A model generated the notes under the pieces. The model saw only the letters and a list, made by a program, of their open reading frames with translations. It ran no database searches and was not told the origin of the DNA. Below are positions 40,201 through 54,246 of a stretch of 64,000 bases of DNA, in pieces; position 1 is the stretch's first letter; every line of letters starts with the position of its first letter. Made by a program: the position numbers and the translations under genes. The stretch is from Nitrospirales bacterium. GTDB lineage: Bacteria; Nitrospirota; Nitrospiria; Nitrospirales; UBA8639. Where the stretch lies: the NCBI GenBank assembly GCA_965203295.1, contig CBDBCZ010000012.1, forward strand, positions 160,001 through 224,000, in the 5' to 3' direction.

Positions 40201-41968
40201 GTACACAAGTTTACACAGGTATACACAAGCATACAAATGCACAAACAGGTATTCACGGATATCTACATTCGTATACACGAGTAAACATAGATACACACAA
40301 GTACACGCGCGTATACACACGTATGCACATGTATACACACGTATACACAAGCATTAAGAGGTATAATAGTTATCTATATTTGTATACACGAGTAAACACA
40401 GGTATACACAAGTATACGCGGGTATACACACGTATACACATGTATTCAAATATATATACAAGTATACATAGGTAAAAAGTATACACACATATTTACACCT
40501 GTACACAAGAGTAAACCCTGGTATAAAAAGGTTTACATGGGTATAAACTAGTATTACCAGGTGTTCACAAGTTTACACGGGTATACAAAAGTATACACAA
40601 GTTTACAGAAGTATACACAAGTACACGCATGTTTACACAGGTATATACAAGCATACAAATGCCCAAACAGGTGTTCACGGATATCTACATTCGTATACAC
40701 GAGTAAACACAGGTATACACAAGTATACGCAGGTATACACACGTATGCACATGTATACACATATATATACAACTATACACATGTAAAAAGAAGTATACAC
40801 AGGTATCTACACCTGTACACATGGGTATACAAAGGCTTACACGGGTATAAACTAGTATTCACAAGTTTACATGGGTATACACAAGTATACACGAGTTTAC
40901 AGAAGTATACACAAGTACACGCAAGTTTACACAGGTATACACAAGCATACAAATGGACAAAGAGCTATTCATGGATATCTACATTCGTATACATGAGTAA
41001 ACACAGGTATACACGAGTATACGTGGGTATACATATGTATGCACATGTATACACACGTATACACAAGTATACACAGGTATAAAGCGGTATATATGGGTAT
41101 CAACATTTGTATACACAAGTATGCATAGGTATGACGAGGTATACACGGGTATCTACATTTGTATACACAAATGAACACCGGTATACACACGTATATGTGG
41201 GTATACACACGTGTGCACATGTATAAAAAGTTATACACAAGTATACACAGGTATAAAAAAGTATACACAGGTATCTATACCTGTACACATGAGTAAACAC
41301 TGGTATACAAAGGCTTACACTGATATAAACTAGTATTACCAGGTATTCACAAGTTTACACGGGTACACACAAGTATACAAGGGTTTACAGAAGTATACAC
41401 AAGTACACATGTTGTAAACACGAGTAAACACATGTATACACAAGCATACGCAGGTATATACACGTATGCAAATGTATATACAGATATACACAAGTATGCA
41501 CAGATATATACAGGTATACAATTGTATCTACACTTGTATGCACGAGCATACATGGTCAACTACATTTGTATACACAAGTATTCACGGGTATAAACACGTA
41601 TGCACATGTATATAATGATATACACAAGTATGCACAGATATACAGGTATACAATAGTATCTACATTTGTATGCACGAGTAAACAGAAATACACAAGTATC
41701 TGAAGATATACACAAGTACGCAAATGTATACACAGGTATTCTTAAGTACACACAGGTATACACTAGTAACTACATTTGTATACCCGAGTAAACACGGGTA
41801 TACACAAGTACACGTGGGTATACACACATATGCGCATGTATACACACGTTTACACAAGTATACAAAGGGATTAAGAGGTATAAAAGGTAACTATATTTGC
41901 ATACATGAGTAAACACAGGTATACACAAGTATACGCGGGTATACACACGTATGCACATGTATACACAT

Positions 41969-42292
41969 TTGTACCATAATGCACCTCTACATGAAAGGCA
42001 CCGCCCAGGGTATATCAGCCATACACCCTAGCGGCTCGTTTGAACTGTCAATATACCCTAGGGTATATGGTTGCCAGGCAACTAATGCTTCTCCATTAGC
42101 GCTTGTCATAACTAACAGCGTTTGTAATTGTATTATGGTACAAGTCAGCTGTACCATGGGTTTCTAGGGTGTATGGGTTTGTACTCTTCGTGCAGTTATA
42201 TGTATTCCCTCGGGCTGCGCCCTCGGGAATACATATAACTGCCCTCAGAGTACAAATCCCATACACCCTAGAAACCCATGGTACAACTATTA
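41969..42292. mobile_element. Non-autonomous element: IR-bounded segment plus ~140-bp terminal hairpin; right arm only
   Basis: TTGTACCATAAT (41969-41980) / ATTATGGTACAA (42132-42143), then a near-perfect hairpin 42147-42288 centred on CCCTCGGGCTGCGCCCTCGGG; interrupts the satellite motif ACACATATATATACAACTATAC. Confidence 0.82.
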
Positions 42293-45079
42293 CATATACA
42301 ACTATACACAAGTAAAAAAGTATACACAGGTATCTACACCTGTACACATGAGTAAACCCAGGTATACAAAGGCTTACACGCGTATAAACTAGTATTACCA
42401 GGTATTCACAAGTTTACACGGGTATACACAAGTATACACGAGTTTACAGAAGTATACACAAGTACACGCATGTTTACACAGGTATACACAAGCATACAAA
42501 TGGACAAAGAGCTATTTATGGATATCTACATTCAGTAAACACAGGTATACACGAGTATATGTGGGCATACATACGTATGCGCATGTATACATACGTATAC
42601 GCGAGTATACACAGGTATAAAGCGGTATATATGGGTACATTTGCATACAAAAGTATACGCGGGTATACACACCTATGCACATGTATACACAGGTATACAC
42701 AAGTATGCATAGGTATGAGGAGGTATACACGGGTATCTACATTTATACACAAATGAACACCGGTATACACACGTATATGTGGGTATACACACGTGTGCAC
42801 ATGTATACAAAGTTATACACAAGTATACACTGGTATAAAGAAGTATACACAGGTATCTACACCTGTACACATGAGTAAACACAGGTATACAAAGGTTTAG
42901 ACTGGTACAAACTGGTATTACCAGGTATTCACAAGTTTACACGGGTACACAAGTATACAAGGGTTTACAGAAGTATACACAAGTACACATGTTTACACAG
43001 GTATACACAAGCATACAAATGCACAGAGGTATTCACGGATATCTACATTCTTATACACGAGTAAACACTGGTATACAAAAGTATACGTGGGTATACATAC
43101 GTATGCACATGCATACAAAGGTATACACAGGTATACACAGGTATAAAGAGGTATATATGTGTATCTACATTTGTATACATACGTATACGCAGGTATACAC
43201 ACGTATGCACATATATACACGTGGTATACATAAGTATAAGCAAGCATACATGGTCAACTACATTTGTATACACAAGTAAACAAAGGTATACACAAGTATA
43301 CGCGGGTATAAACACGTATGCACATGTATATACAGATATACACAAGTATGCACAGGTATAAAGAAGTATACACAGGTATCTACACCTGTACACATGAGTA
43401 AACACAGGTATACAAAGGCTTAATTACACTTGTACGAACTGGTATTACCAGGTATTCACAAGTTTACACGGGTACACACAAGTATACAAGGGTTTACAGA
43501 AGTATACACAAGTACACATGTTTACACAGGTATACACAAGCATACAAATGCACAGAGGTATTCACGGATATCTACATTCTTATACACGAGTAAACACTGG
43601 TATACAAAAGTATACATGGGTATACATACGTATGCACATGCATACAAAGGTATACACAGGTATACACAAGTATAAAGAGGTATATATGTGTATCTACATT
43701 TGTATACATACGTATACGCAGGTATACACACGTATGCACATATAGACACGTGGTATACATAAGTATAAGCAAGCATACATGGTCAACTACATTTGTATAC
43801 ACAAGTAAACAAAGGTATACACAAGTATACGTGGGTATAAACACGTATGCACATGTATATACAGATATATACAAGTATGCACAGATATATACAGGTATAC
43901 AGTAGTATCTACATTTGTAAGCACGAGTAAACAGGAATACACAAGTTTCTAAAGGTACACACAAGTACGCAAATGTATACACAGGTATTCTCAAATACAC
44001 ACAGATATACACTAGTACCTACACTTGTATACCCGAGTAAACACGGGTATACACAAGTACACGTGGGTATACACACATATGCACATGTATACACACGTTT
44101 ACACAAGTATGCACAGGGATTAAGAGGTATAAAAGGTAACTATATTTGCATACACGAGTAAACACAGGAATACAAAGGCTTACACGGTATGAACCAGTAT
44201 TACCAGGTATTTACAAGTTTACACGTGTATACACAAGTATACACGGATTTACAGAAGTATACACAAGTACACGCATGTTTACACAAGCATACAAATGCAC
44301 AAACAGGTATTCACGGATATCTACATTCGTATACACGAGTAAACACAGGTATACACAATTACACGCGCGTATACATACGTGTGCACATGTATACACACGT
44401 ATACACAAGTATACACAGGTATAAAGCGGTATATATGGGAATCAACATTTATATACACAAGTATACGCGGGTATACATACCTATGCACATGTATACACAG
44501 GTATACACAAGTATGCATAGGTATGAAGAGGTATACATGGGTATCTACATTTGTATACACAAATGAACACCGGTATACACACGTATATGCGATTATACAC
44601 ACGTGTGCACAAGTATACAAAGTTATACACAAGTATACACAGGTATAAAGAAGTATACACAGGTATCTACACCTGTACACATGAGTAAACACAGGTATAC
44701 AAAGGCTTACACTGGTATAAACTAGTATTACCAGGTTTTCACAAGTTTATACAGGTATATATACACAAATATACATAAGTATACACAGTATACATGTGTT
44801 TGAATGATTACACACAGGTATACAAATGGATACACGAGTATAAACTAGTATTACCAGGTGCACACAAGTTTACACGGGTATACACAGGTATACACAAGTA
44901 TACATGACTTTACACGTGTATACACATGTATACGCAGGTATGTAACAGTATACACAAGTGTACACAAGAATACACGGGTTTACACAATTATACACAAGTA
45001 CACACACATATCCACAGGTATACCAAGCATAGAAATTCACAAAGAAGTATTCAAGGATATCTATATTTGCATACACGAG

Positions 45080-46233
45080 TGTAACGGACTGTTAACTGCG
45101 TCACTATGTGTGTTCTTTTGATGTGTAGTTAGTGTGAAGTACTGTTAATAGGTGCTAGTGTTAGGTATTTTGTTTGTCTCTGTTGTAGTAGGTGTGATTT
45201 CCATCGCTAGGCTCTTCAGTATTTAAGTGTTGGTCATTGTAGAGTGTTCGTCTTTAGTCCTCCATCAGTATCTGGTTTTGGTGTCGAAAAGTAGAGCTCG
45301 GTCCGCTACAGTTGGCGGCAGCGGTGGGATTCACTGCTCGCCAGTCGGCGGCAGGGCCCATACGCGAATGCAGCAGAACAGTTCAGTACGAGGAGCGAGC
45401 AGGTTGTTTTAAAGAGTGAGCGACGGCCGGCAAGCATAACGCAGGTGATGAGCGAGCAACGGCTACCCAGAGAGAGGCCAGTGTAAAATGTTTAGAGAGT
45501 GTAAGCCGCCAAGAGTGCAAAGGTCGCTAGGAGCAAGGGCCGCAAGAGGGCAAGGAGTGCCTGAGAGAGAGATAGGATCGCTGAGGGGCGAAAGCAGGTG
45601 TCAGAGGGGTCAGGAGGACCGCCTATGTGTGGACGCCTATACGTGGAGTTGCCGGAAGGAGAGTGCAGAGGGCATGTGTTGCCAAGCATTTGGGGCCGTG
45701 CGTTACATCGAGAGAAGCCGTTGCGGAAAGCCGTGTAGTTTACCGCTGAGAGTGTGTGCACATGTACCCGTACCGTGTGTATGTGTTACCGGACTGGGGT
45801 TGCTACGTGAAGAAGCGGAGAACTGGAGAGTATCGTAGATTAGAGAGTGCTACGAGAACTCGGAAGAGTCTACAGAGAGCTGCACAAGGAAGAGAGATCG
45901 AATAGAGCCCACGAGAAGCAAAGGAGAAGTGCCATCAAAGAGTTCAGAAGAGGCTGCACCTGTTTCAGCAAACTAGTTTGCTGCCGGAGAAGGAGTGAGA
46001 GGTGTAACGGACTGTTAACTGTGTCACTATGTGTGTTCTATTGATGTGTAGTTAGTGTGAAGTACTGTTAATAGGTGCTAGTGTTAGGTATTTTGTTTGT
46101 CTCTGTTGTAGTAGGTGTGATTTCCATTGCTAGGCTCTTCAGTATTTAAGTGTCGGTTATTGTACAGTGTTTGTCTTTAGTCCTCCCTCAGTATCTGGTT
46201 TTGGTGTCGAAAAGTAGAGCTCGGTCCGCTACA
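45080..46233 (+). mobile_element. Miniature non-autonomous LTR retrotransposon (TRIM-like), mirror copy
   Basis: LTRs 45080-45310 and 46003-46233; TSD ACGAG on both sides; PBS 45313-45331; PPT 45986-46002. Confidence 0.93.
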
Positions 46234-46783
46234 ACGAGTAAACACAGGTATACACAAGTGTACGCGGGTATACAGACGTATGCACTGTATGCACAGACAC
46301 ACATAAGTATACTCTAGTATAAAGAGGTATACACGGGTATATACTCTTGCATTCACAAGTAAACACAGGTATAAACAAGTCTACGTGAGTATACACATGT
46401 ATGCAGATGTATACACAGGTATACACAAGTATACACTGGTGTAAAGAGGTATAAACGGGTATCTACACTTGTATACACGAGTAAACACAGGTATACACAA
46501 GGATAAATGGTTATACATACGTATGCACATGTATACAAAGGTATACACAGGTATACACAGGTATAAAGAGGTATATATGTGTATCTACATTTGTATACAT
46601 ACGTATGCGTAGGTATACACATGTATGCACATATATACACGTGGTATACATAAGTGTAAACAAGTATACACGGTTAACTACCATTTGTATACACGAGTAA
46701 ACACATGTATACACAAGTATACGTGAGTATACACACGTATGTACATGTATTACAGATACACACAAGTATGCACAGATATATAT

Positions 46784-47433
46784 ATTATTACATGAGTGAG
46801 AGGGTACTATGGATAGGTTTTGCACGAGTGTGTAGGTATTTTCTTCGAGCCGAAGGCGAGGGAAAATACTACACAAGAGTGCAATGCCTAGACATATCAT
46901 CCTCTCCCGAGTGTAATGATAGATTTATTATATACTATCTCCAAGCAGTTTTGCTAGGTTGACAAACTCACTGCCAAACAAAGCCACGCCTACCGTAACG
47001 TAAAGGACGATTGGATACACAGCAGCAACGTATAGCAAAGCGCAAAATAGCTCTTACAAACTACGAAAGAGAAAAAGGCTTGCAACTGTAGGCTAGATTA
47101 ACTTTATTTATCTTGGAGAGCTACTCGACAATAAATAACGGCTGGTGGGACGAGTGGGAGGGGTCACTGAACGACACTATGACCTAGCCTTTCACTTCTT
47201 TTTTACTTAGACGGCTCCTCTACGACAGAAGCATTCCTTTCGCCAGCTTTTTGTAGCTGAGTAGCTTCCATTGCTTCAATAAACTATAACTTCACTGTAA
47301 ATTTTTACTGTAGACTAAACGCGCACGCGCTCTGCCCACGCAAAAGGCAATAACGGGTAGGCAATACGGGGGAATATTACCTATCCGGTCTATAGGAAAA
47401 TATTGTTAGTACACCTGGCAGTATATAATAAAT
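46784..47433. mobile_element. Mirror copy of the 2445-3094 element
   Basis: Reverse complement of 2445-3094 at the same satellite site, with a few substitutions. Confidence 0.75.
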
Positions 47434-48090
47434 AGAGGTATACACTAGTATCTACATTTGTATGCACGAGTAAACAGGAATACACAAGTATACGAGGGTA
47501 TACACAAGTACGCAAATGTATACACAGGTGTTCTCAAGTACACACAGGTATACACGAGTATCTACATTTGTATACATGAGTAAACACAGGTATACACAAG
47601 TACATGCAGGTATACACACGTATGCACATGTATACACACGTATACACAAGTATACACAGGTATAACAGGTATCTATATTTGCATACATGAGTAAACACAG
47701 GTATACACAAGTATACGCGGGTATACACATGTATGCACATGTATACACATTATATACAAGTATACACAGGTATAAAGAAGTATACACGGTATCTACACCT
47801 GTACACATGAGTAAACACAGGTATACAAAGGCTTACACGGGTATAAACTAGCATTACCAGGTATTCACAAGTTTACGCACGTATACACAAGTATACAAGG
47901 GTTTACACAGGTATACACAAGTATACACATGTTTACACAGGTATACACAAGCATACAAATGCACAGAGAGGTATTCACGGATATCTACATTCGTATACAC
48001 GAGTAAACAGTTATACACAAGTTTGCACACATGTAAAAAAAATTCTGACTGTGTGGCAACAAAGCAAGGGCCACACATGCAGTTATGTAA

Positions 48091-48147
48091 CTTTACTCCA
48101 GCAATTTCATTTGCAATGCTTAGTTCTCCATATACCTCCTCTCTCAA
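48091..48147 (-). pseudogene. TWNK: Twinkle pseudo-exon (mirror of 1731-1787)
   Basis: LREEVYGELSIANEIAGVK with the same non-GT donor. Confidence 0.85.
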
Positions 48148-48625
48148 CTACATGCATGCAAGGTGCAAGTGAATATGCATGATTGTGCAATTGTATGTGT
48201 GTGTGCGTGAGTGTGCATGTGTGCGTGAATGCAGAAGACAGATTAATTAGCTCTATTTTGTAGAGTGGGTAACAACTGCAGCATCGGAGGAACACATGCT
48301 GAAAATAAGGCATATACATTTGCTTGTTGATCTATGGAAAACGCACCCTCTATGTCCACTGCTAAAAACATGGACACAGTTAATACATACATCCATGCCC
48401 ACTGCTGGAAAAACATAGACACCGTGAACATAATTATTTGACAGTATAGATACTCTAATATCCATCAGCCTATGCATGAGTCACGTACATCACAATAAGG
48501 CTGACCTCTGGTCTTCCTCACTACTATTTAGCTACCTAGGAGAATCTTCGTAGCTGTTTGGTTCCAAAGTACATTGCAAACTCTTCAATGGACAATAAGC
48601 TTTCTAAGAGAGCAAAGAAATCAAC

Positions 48626-48701
48626 GGGACCCAACAGGGGATTGAATGCAGGACCTTCTGAATACTAGTCAGATGCTCTAACCACTGAGCTACTGGATCC
48701 C
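48626..48701 (-). pseudogene. Degenerate tRNA-Thr(AGT)-like sequence (mirror of 1191-1266)
   Basis: Reverse complement of 1191-1266 with one visible substitution. Confidence 0.75.
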
Positions 48702-49195
48702 CTCCGCAGAGGAGCAGTAGGCAAGCTTTATATAGCCACTAAACCCGCTAGTAGTACTTGCCAGTAGGACCCTGCCAATTTTCAGCTTAATTACTCTCTC
48801 ATTAGGCCTCTCCCCCATCTCAACCACAATAAAATTGCTACATCCAAACTTAGCCTGGATCAGTCTGCCTTAAACCACCAAAGATACAGAACTGAAAACT
48901 ATGTAGTCACATTGCAAACTCTTCAAGAGATGATAAGCTTTCTGAGAAAAAGATGTACGCCAAAGCAGTATATCACTATATCCGCTTCTTTCACCTGCCC
49001 CACTTACACCCACAACTCTGTTCGCCTACCATAGGTGTGCACTCTAATTTGATTGATAATTAAACAACAACTAGCTGAGATTCCATTTGTGGGCCTCATT
49101 TTGTTCAGCAATAACTACAGGAGTACAGCACCTACAAATGAGGATAAGCTCTGCCACATGATTAGGCAGTGTAGCCTCAATAGGGAAACACATAC

Positions 49196-49318
49196 CTGCT
49201 GAAATGTTAAGATCTTCTTGTGTGTGAAAGGTGTAGCTGATGTTATAGCAGCTTTTAAGTCAAGGTCTCTGTTCAGAGTTGCAGAGCAGTGGGTATGTTC
49301 CCTTGATCCTCCGTTGAA
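49196..49318 (-). pseudogene. TWNK: Twinkle pseudo-exon (mirror of 574-696)
   Basis: Same peptide and same frameshift as the left copy. Confidence 0.85.
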
Positions 49319-49803
49319 CTGCAAGGGGTACAGGGAAGGAGATGGACCATTCAGGTTAGCAACTGCTGAGGATAAAGTACATGTGCATTATATGTGTGAC
49401 CCTATTTGTGAAGCATGGCCGCATTTCTTTAAAGCACCATCACGAGGGAGACACGGGACCATTCATAACACAGCAACATCCGAAAACATCGGTGGTACCA
49501 AGGCAAATACCTTGGAAACAGATTGAGCGGTAAATTTCTAACAAGCTGCGGTTGACATATATTACGTTATTAAAGGTAATGACCAAAGACATTGAGATAC
49601 ATGACAGTAAAAGTATTTTAAAAAAGGGAGTACCAACCTGCCGGGTTTTCATGAACCCATTCACATATTGTCATTCAAGTAACTTAATGCATATGCATAC
49701 TTGAATGTACATACGTTTATGACTACACACGAACAAGTGCATGTAGCTACTCAGCACATGCACTCATGAAGAGAGCTACATGTATGACTCCTGATGGACT
49801 CAC

Positions 49804-49948
49804 CAGACCAGATAACACCGGTCGACATTAAGCTTCTTAGCAACTGTGCTGCAGCTTGCCTGGACTGGACATCACTTCCCAGCCAGAGGTAGATACACTC
49901 AAACTGTTCTAAGTGAGGAAGAACCTGAAGAGGAAGGATATGGAGTAC
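49804..49948 (-). pseudogene. TWNK: Twinkle pseudo-exon (TOPRIM region), complete copy; exon could start at 49948 or 49924
   Basis: VLHILPLQVLPHLEQFECIYLWLGSDVQSRQAAAQ / AKKLNVDRCYLV resembles Twinkle [45 protein letters not shown]; 1-nt deletion shared with the left arm. Confidence 0.87.
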
Positions 49949-50529
49949 CTGAAGGGATTAGAATCTCTTAATGTACACCAACACATGCTTAGAGGATTGT
50001 TAGAGGTCTCTAAAACTGTAACATTTCATTTAGTGTATGTACAGAGCTATATATCAACTGAGCCCTAAATACAATCACATGCAGCCATGTTAGCCCCAAC
50101 ATTAAATTTTTTGCATTTAGCCAATTAGATACTGAGGCATTGACTAGTACTTTATGGACCATTCTCCAAGACACATAGTATATATAGAACAGAAACTTGT
50201 AACTGTGGTACAATAGATTTTCACTTGTGTAGTTCATGGAAATGCTGTAATTTACGTATTTTGTGAAAGTGAGGACCCCATATAAGACGTGTCGATACGT
50301 GTAAAATGTGCAAGCAATCAGATACTGATGGGAAGTTCTCTTCCCTTCCACTGTCAAAGAGGAGCTTAAAGATTGTTGCAGACTAACGCTGCTTGTCACT
50401 TCGATATATTTCTCTTAGATTTGATTCATATCACTACAATTAACAACCACAGATACAATCATCAATTCACTCCAACTTTATTTATACGCACAAACACCAA
50501 ACTTCATTTACAACTCATGGATTACTCAC

Positions 50530-51595
50530 TAGAGTAAGCTACTGATGACCAGCCACCCCCTGGTGCACCGAGCGTGCAAATTACCCTAATCGATAGTAAA
50601 GACCCTTTCACACTTCGAGTTGAAAGTTTGGTGTTTTTCAATGGCTTGGTTCTGGAGCTATAGCAAACTTTAAATTCGGGACACAGCTATGATTGGGCAA
50701 ATGTATGTATTGCTGGCCTCCATTTTGTATTTTCTCCCTGAAGCAACTTTCGGTGATCTCTCTTCATTATTGGGAAGCCCCACTACCATGCTGCCACACA
50801 CTAACCTTTCGCCATCGTTGCTGCTTTGAGCACAGAGGAGTGCTGTTGAATGTAGAGCCGTGTCACCCTCTCCATAATCGGACAGTGGATTATTTTTTTG
50901 CGGTGTAAGGAGCCCAAGACACTCTCCAATGCTAAGATTGGGATATCATTGGGAATGTAGACACTTAGCAACACAACGGTGCAAGTTTGATTGATGTTTA
51001 GATGTCGTGTCCTTCCCGAGATAGAGCTGCTTTACCTGATTTCGTACACTAAAAGTTTCAGCATTAACAGCTCTATCTTGAGAACCATAGCACGTACGTG
51101 TAAACATCGGGCTTGCACAGTTGTGCTGCTAAGTACCTGTACTTTACAACAATATCCAAATGCTAGCGTTACAGAGTGTTATGGGGTCTATACACAGAAA
51201 AAACTCGAAATCCACTGTCCGATTATAGAGATTGTGACACAGCCATACATTCAGCAGCACCCCCTGTGCTCAAAGCAGCTACTATGGCGAAAGGTTGGCG
51301 TGCGGCAGCATGGTACTGGGGCTTCCCAATAATAAAGAAAGAACACCGAAAATTGCTTCAGGGAGGAAACACGGAACAGAGACCGACAATATATAGATTT
51401 GCCCAATCATAGCTTTGCCCGAATTTAAATTTGGAAGGCTATACATGTAGCTCCAGAACCAAGCAATGGAGGAACACCAAACTTCAACTTAAAGTGCGAG
51501 GGGTTTGTACTATCCCGCCCACTTCCAGTAATTTACACACTCGGCGCTACCACGTCTGAATATACCTGGTGGCACACCAACAGTGGTTTACTCTA
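50530..51595. mobile_element. Old foldback / long-TIR non-autonomous element (~500-bp diverged arms, ~40-bp spacer)
   Basis: 50530-51030 is a diverged reverse complement of 51068-51595 (shared AATCCACTGTCCGATTAT, CTGTGCTCAAAGCAGC, GGGGCTTCCCAATAAT, ATTTGCCCAATCATAGCT); termini TAGAGTAA..TTACTCTA; no TSD seen. Confidence 0.8.
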
Positions 51596-53015
51596 TTAGC
51601 GTCTGTCAGTCTGCGAGGTAGTCTTGAGTTTTAGTACCTAAGCCTTATTTTACGAATGTATTAGCGTCTACCTTTTAGTTAGGCCGTGTTTGTCGATTGT
51701 ATTAGTCTGTCTGTTCGTTAGTTTTGAGTATTAGCACCTAAGCCGTGTTTTTTGAATGCAGTAGTGCCTGTCTGCTAGTTAGTTCTAAGTTTTAGTCTTT
51801 AGGCTGTGTTTCCCGATCGTATTAGCGTCTGCTTCTTAGTTTGCAGTTGTAGTTTTAAGGCCTAGATTCTGGCATGCATATTCTCTGTCTGTTAACTAGT
51901 CTTGTATCTAAGCCATGTTTTTGGCTGTATTAGTGCCTGTCTGTTAGTTAGTCTTGGGTTGTAGTATTCAAGCCATGTTTCTCGACTGCATAAGTGTCTG
52001 ACTGTTAGCTAGGCTTGAGTTTTAGTATTTACGTTGTGTTGCTTGACTACTAATTTTCTGTCAGTTAGTTAGCATTGAGTTTTAGTATTTAGTCCGCGTT
52101 TTTCGACTGTACTAATTAGTGTCTGTCTGTTAGTTAGTCTTGAGTTTTAGTACTTAGCAATTGTTTCTCGACTGTATTAGTGTCTGTCTGCCCGTTAGTC
52201 TTCAGTTCTAGTTTTTAAGCCGTGTTTCTCGACTGTATTAAAGTCTGTCTGTTCTTTAGTTATGAGTTTTAGTAATAACTTAGTGTTTATCGACTGTATT
52301 AGTGCCTATCTACTAGTTAGTTTTGCGTTTTGGTTTTTAGGCCGTGTTTCTGGCATGCGTTTGTCTATTAGTTCGTCTCGAGTTCCACTATTTAGGCCAT
52401 GTTTCTCAACTGTATTAGAAATTGTCTGTTAGTTAGTTTTGAGTTTTAGTATTTAGGCTATGTTTCTCGACTGTATTATGTCTGTCTGTCTATCTGTTAG
52501 CTAGTCTTGAGTTTCAATATTTAGGCCGCCTTTCTTGATTGTAATAGTGTGTCTGTTAGGTAGTCTTGAAGTTTACTATTTAGGCTGTGTTCCTCAACAG
52601 TATTAGTGTCTATGGGTTAGTTAGTTAGCAGTTTCAGTATTTAAGCCGTGTCGCTGGCATGCGTAAGTCTCTGCCTATTGAGTTTTTGTATTTAAGCCAT
52701 GTTTATTGACTGTATGGGAGTCTGTTTATCAGTTTGTCTTGAGTTTTAATACTCAGGCCGCCTTTCTCGACTTTATTACTGTCTGTCATTTAGTTATTCT
52801 TGCATTTTAGTATTGAGGCCCTGTTTTTTGACTGACTTAGTGTCTGTGCATTAGTTAGTCTAGAATTTTAGTATTTATGCCGTGTTTATCGAATGTATTA
52901 GTTTTTGTCTGTTAGTCTTCAGTTTTAGTATTTAGGCTGCCTTTCTCAAATTTATTGGTGTTTCTCCATTAGTTATCCTTAAGTTTTAGTATTGAGGCTG
53001 TGCTTTTCAACTGCT
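51596..53015 (+). repeat. Diverged ~61-bp tandem repeat
   Basis: Consensus TAGTTAGTCTTGAGTTTTAGTATTTAGGCCGTGTTTCTCGACTGTATTAGTGTCTGTCTGT; GTTAGTCT at 52133 and 52194; roughly 23 copies by length. Confidence 0.92.
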
Positions 53016-54246
53016 GTTTTCTGAGGTAAAACGCCACATTCAGCACTAGAAAACTTAGAGTACACATAACAAGGCAATAATGAAAAAAGCACTTTCAAAA
53101 AAGTGCAAAACCAGTCATGTACAGATGCACTTCCACCAAAAAAAACACTTCCCCAAAAACCAATGGAACAAGCAACAATGCATTCAGGAGGCATGCACAG
53201 ACTACCCACAGGCTGAAGCAGAATTTGAGTGCACTGAAAACGTAAAGGGCTGTAGACATTGTTCAGCTGATCAGAAGAAGTGAAAACTACGACAGTACCC
53301 ATCTAAAGAACCCTATCCTCTTCCTTACACCCTCCATACTTGGGTGCCTACAGAGTAGGACCCTTAAACTTTGAGGATAGTGACAGTATGTATCAATACT
53401 GCTAAATCAGGTATACCATATGAGGATTCAGATTCATGAAGTCAACTTAGATAGAGATCAATATTGTAGCCCCCCAAGGTAAAATAATCTACTACACCAC
53501 TTCCAACCCCATGCAGACATACAGTGGTTTCCTTTCAAGCAGTTTGCTCTTTGTTCAGACTTTCCTCCTATCAAACCCCTATTGCCCTTTCAACTTCCTC
53601 AAGCTGTATAGATTGAATATTTTCATCACTAGCATAAAACACCTTCAGGGGGCGATAGTAGTGAGATAGTACAGGGATGGATCATTACTATTGTCCGCTC
53701 TCTCTGTAGCAACAAATGAAGGCACTGAATACTACGGGATAAAGGTAGATGTGATGGCACTGTATGCAAGAGTGATCACTGGCCCCTACGTTTTGTAAAA
53801 GAAAAGGAGCTAGGATTCAAATCAGACCTTTACAAACATGGGACCTACAATGAGAGGTAAACCTTCAAATAATACCAGAATATCAGAAGTTTGAGTGCCT
53901 CATTTTCTATGAAGGGAAAATTAAGTGCATCACTACTGCTAAAACATGTGTAACTGCTACTCCAGAGTGGATTATGCTGTATTGTACCAGAAATACGGAA
54001 ATTAACTCTTACTGTATGTTGCCTAACCGCAACCCCAACCCTAACGTCACAAAGGGTGTTAAATAGAGAGTAATTAAATTCGGGTATATGCAAGGTCATG
54101 TGGTATAGTAGCAACATTATGAAGCTAGCTACCCTCAATAAAACAAGTTCAACAACCATTTACCTCGCACTCCTGTCTATAGGGGTAATCTATAGATAAT
54201 ATAGACTCCATAACATCCCGGAGTCTATATTATCTATGGGTAAACG

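Larger units (their letters stand above)
28460..48035 (-). repeat. GTATAC-based satellite array, right arm (inverted, ~4 kb longer than left)
   Basis: GTATACACAA/GTATACACAG decamers; recurring ORFs at offsets of 3605, 2175/2177, 1817 and 529 bp. Confidence 0.97.
27816..49891 (-). repeat. Right arm of giant inverted duplication (alignable part)
   Basis: Mirror of 1-~18100: minisatellite, linker, GTATAC satellite, TRIM, hairpin element, tRNA-like element and TWNK exons in reverse order. Confidence 0.95.

Noticed and set aside
1846..48035. Hundreds of Cys/Tyr/Val/His/Thr-rich ORFs
   Set aside because: They are translations of the GTATAC satellite, open in several overlapping frames on both strands, with no splice or domain structure.
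1846..48035. Single giant Foldback transposon inserted into TWNK
   Set aside because: An insertion would leave the 3' half of TWNK on the far side with a TSD; instead both flanks are the same 5' TWNK segment in inverted orientation.
54020..54050. Telomeric repeat (CCTAACC..CCCTAAC)
   Set aside because: Only two or three degenerate units; more likely part of a small dispersed element.
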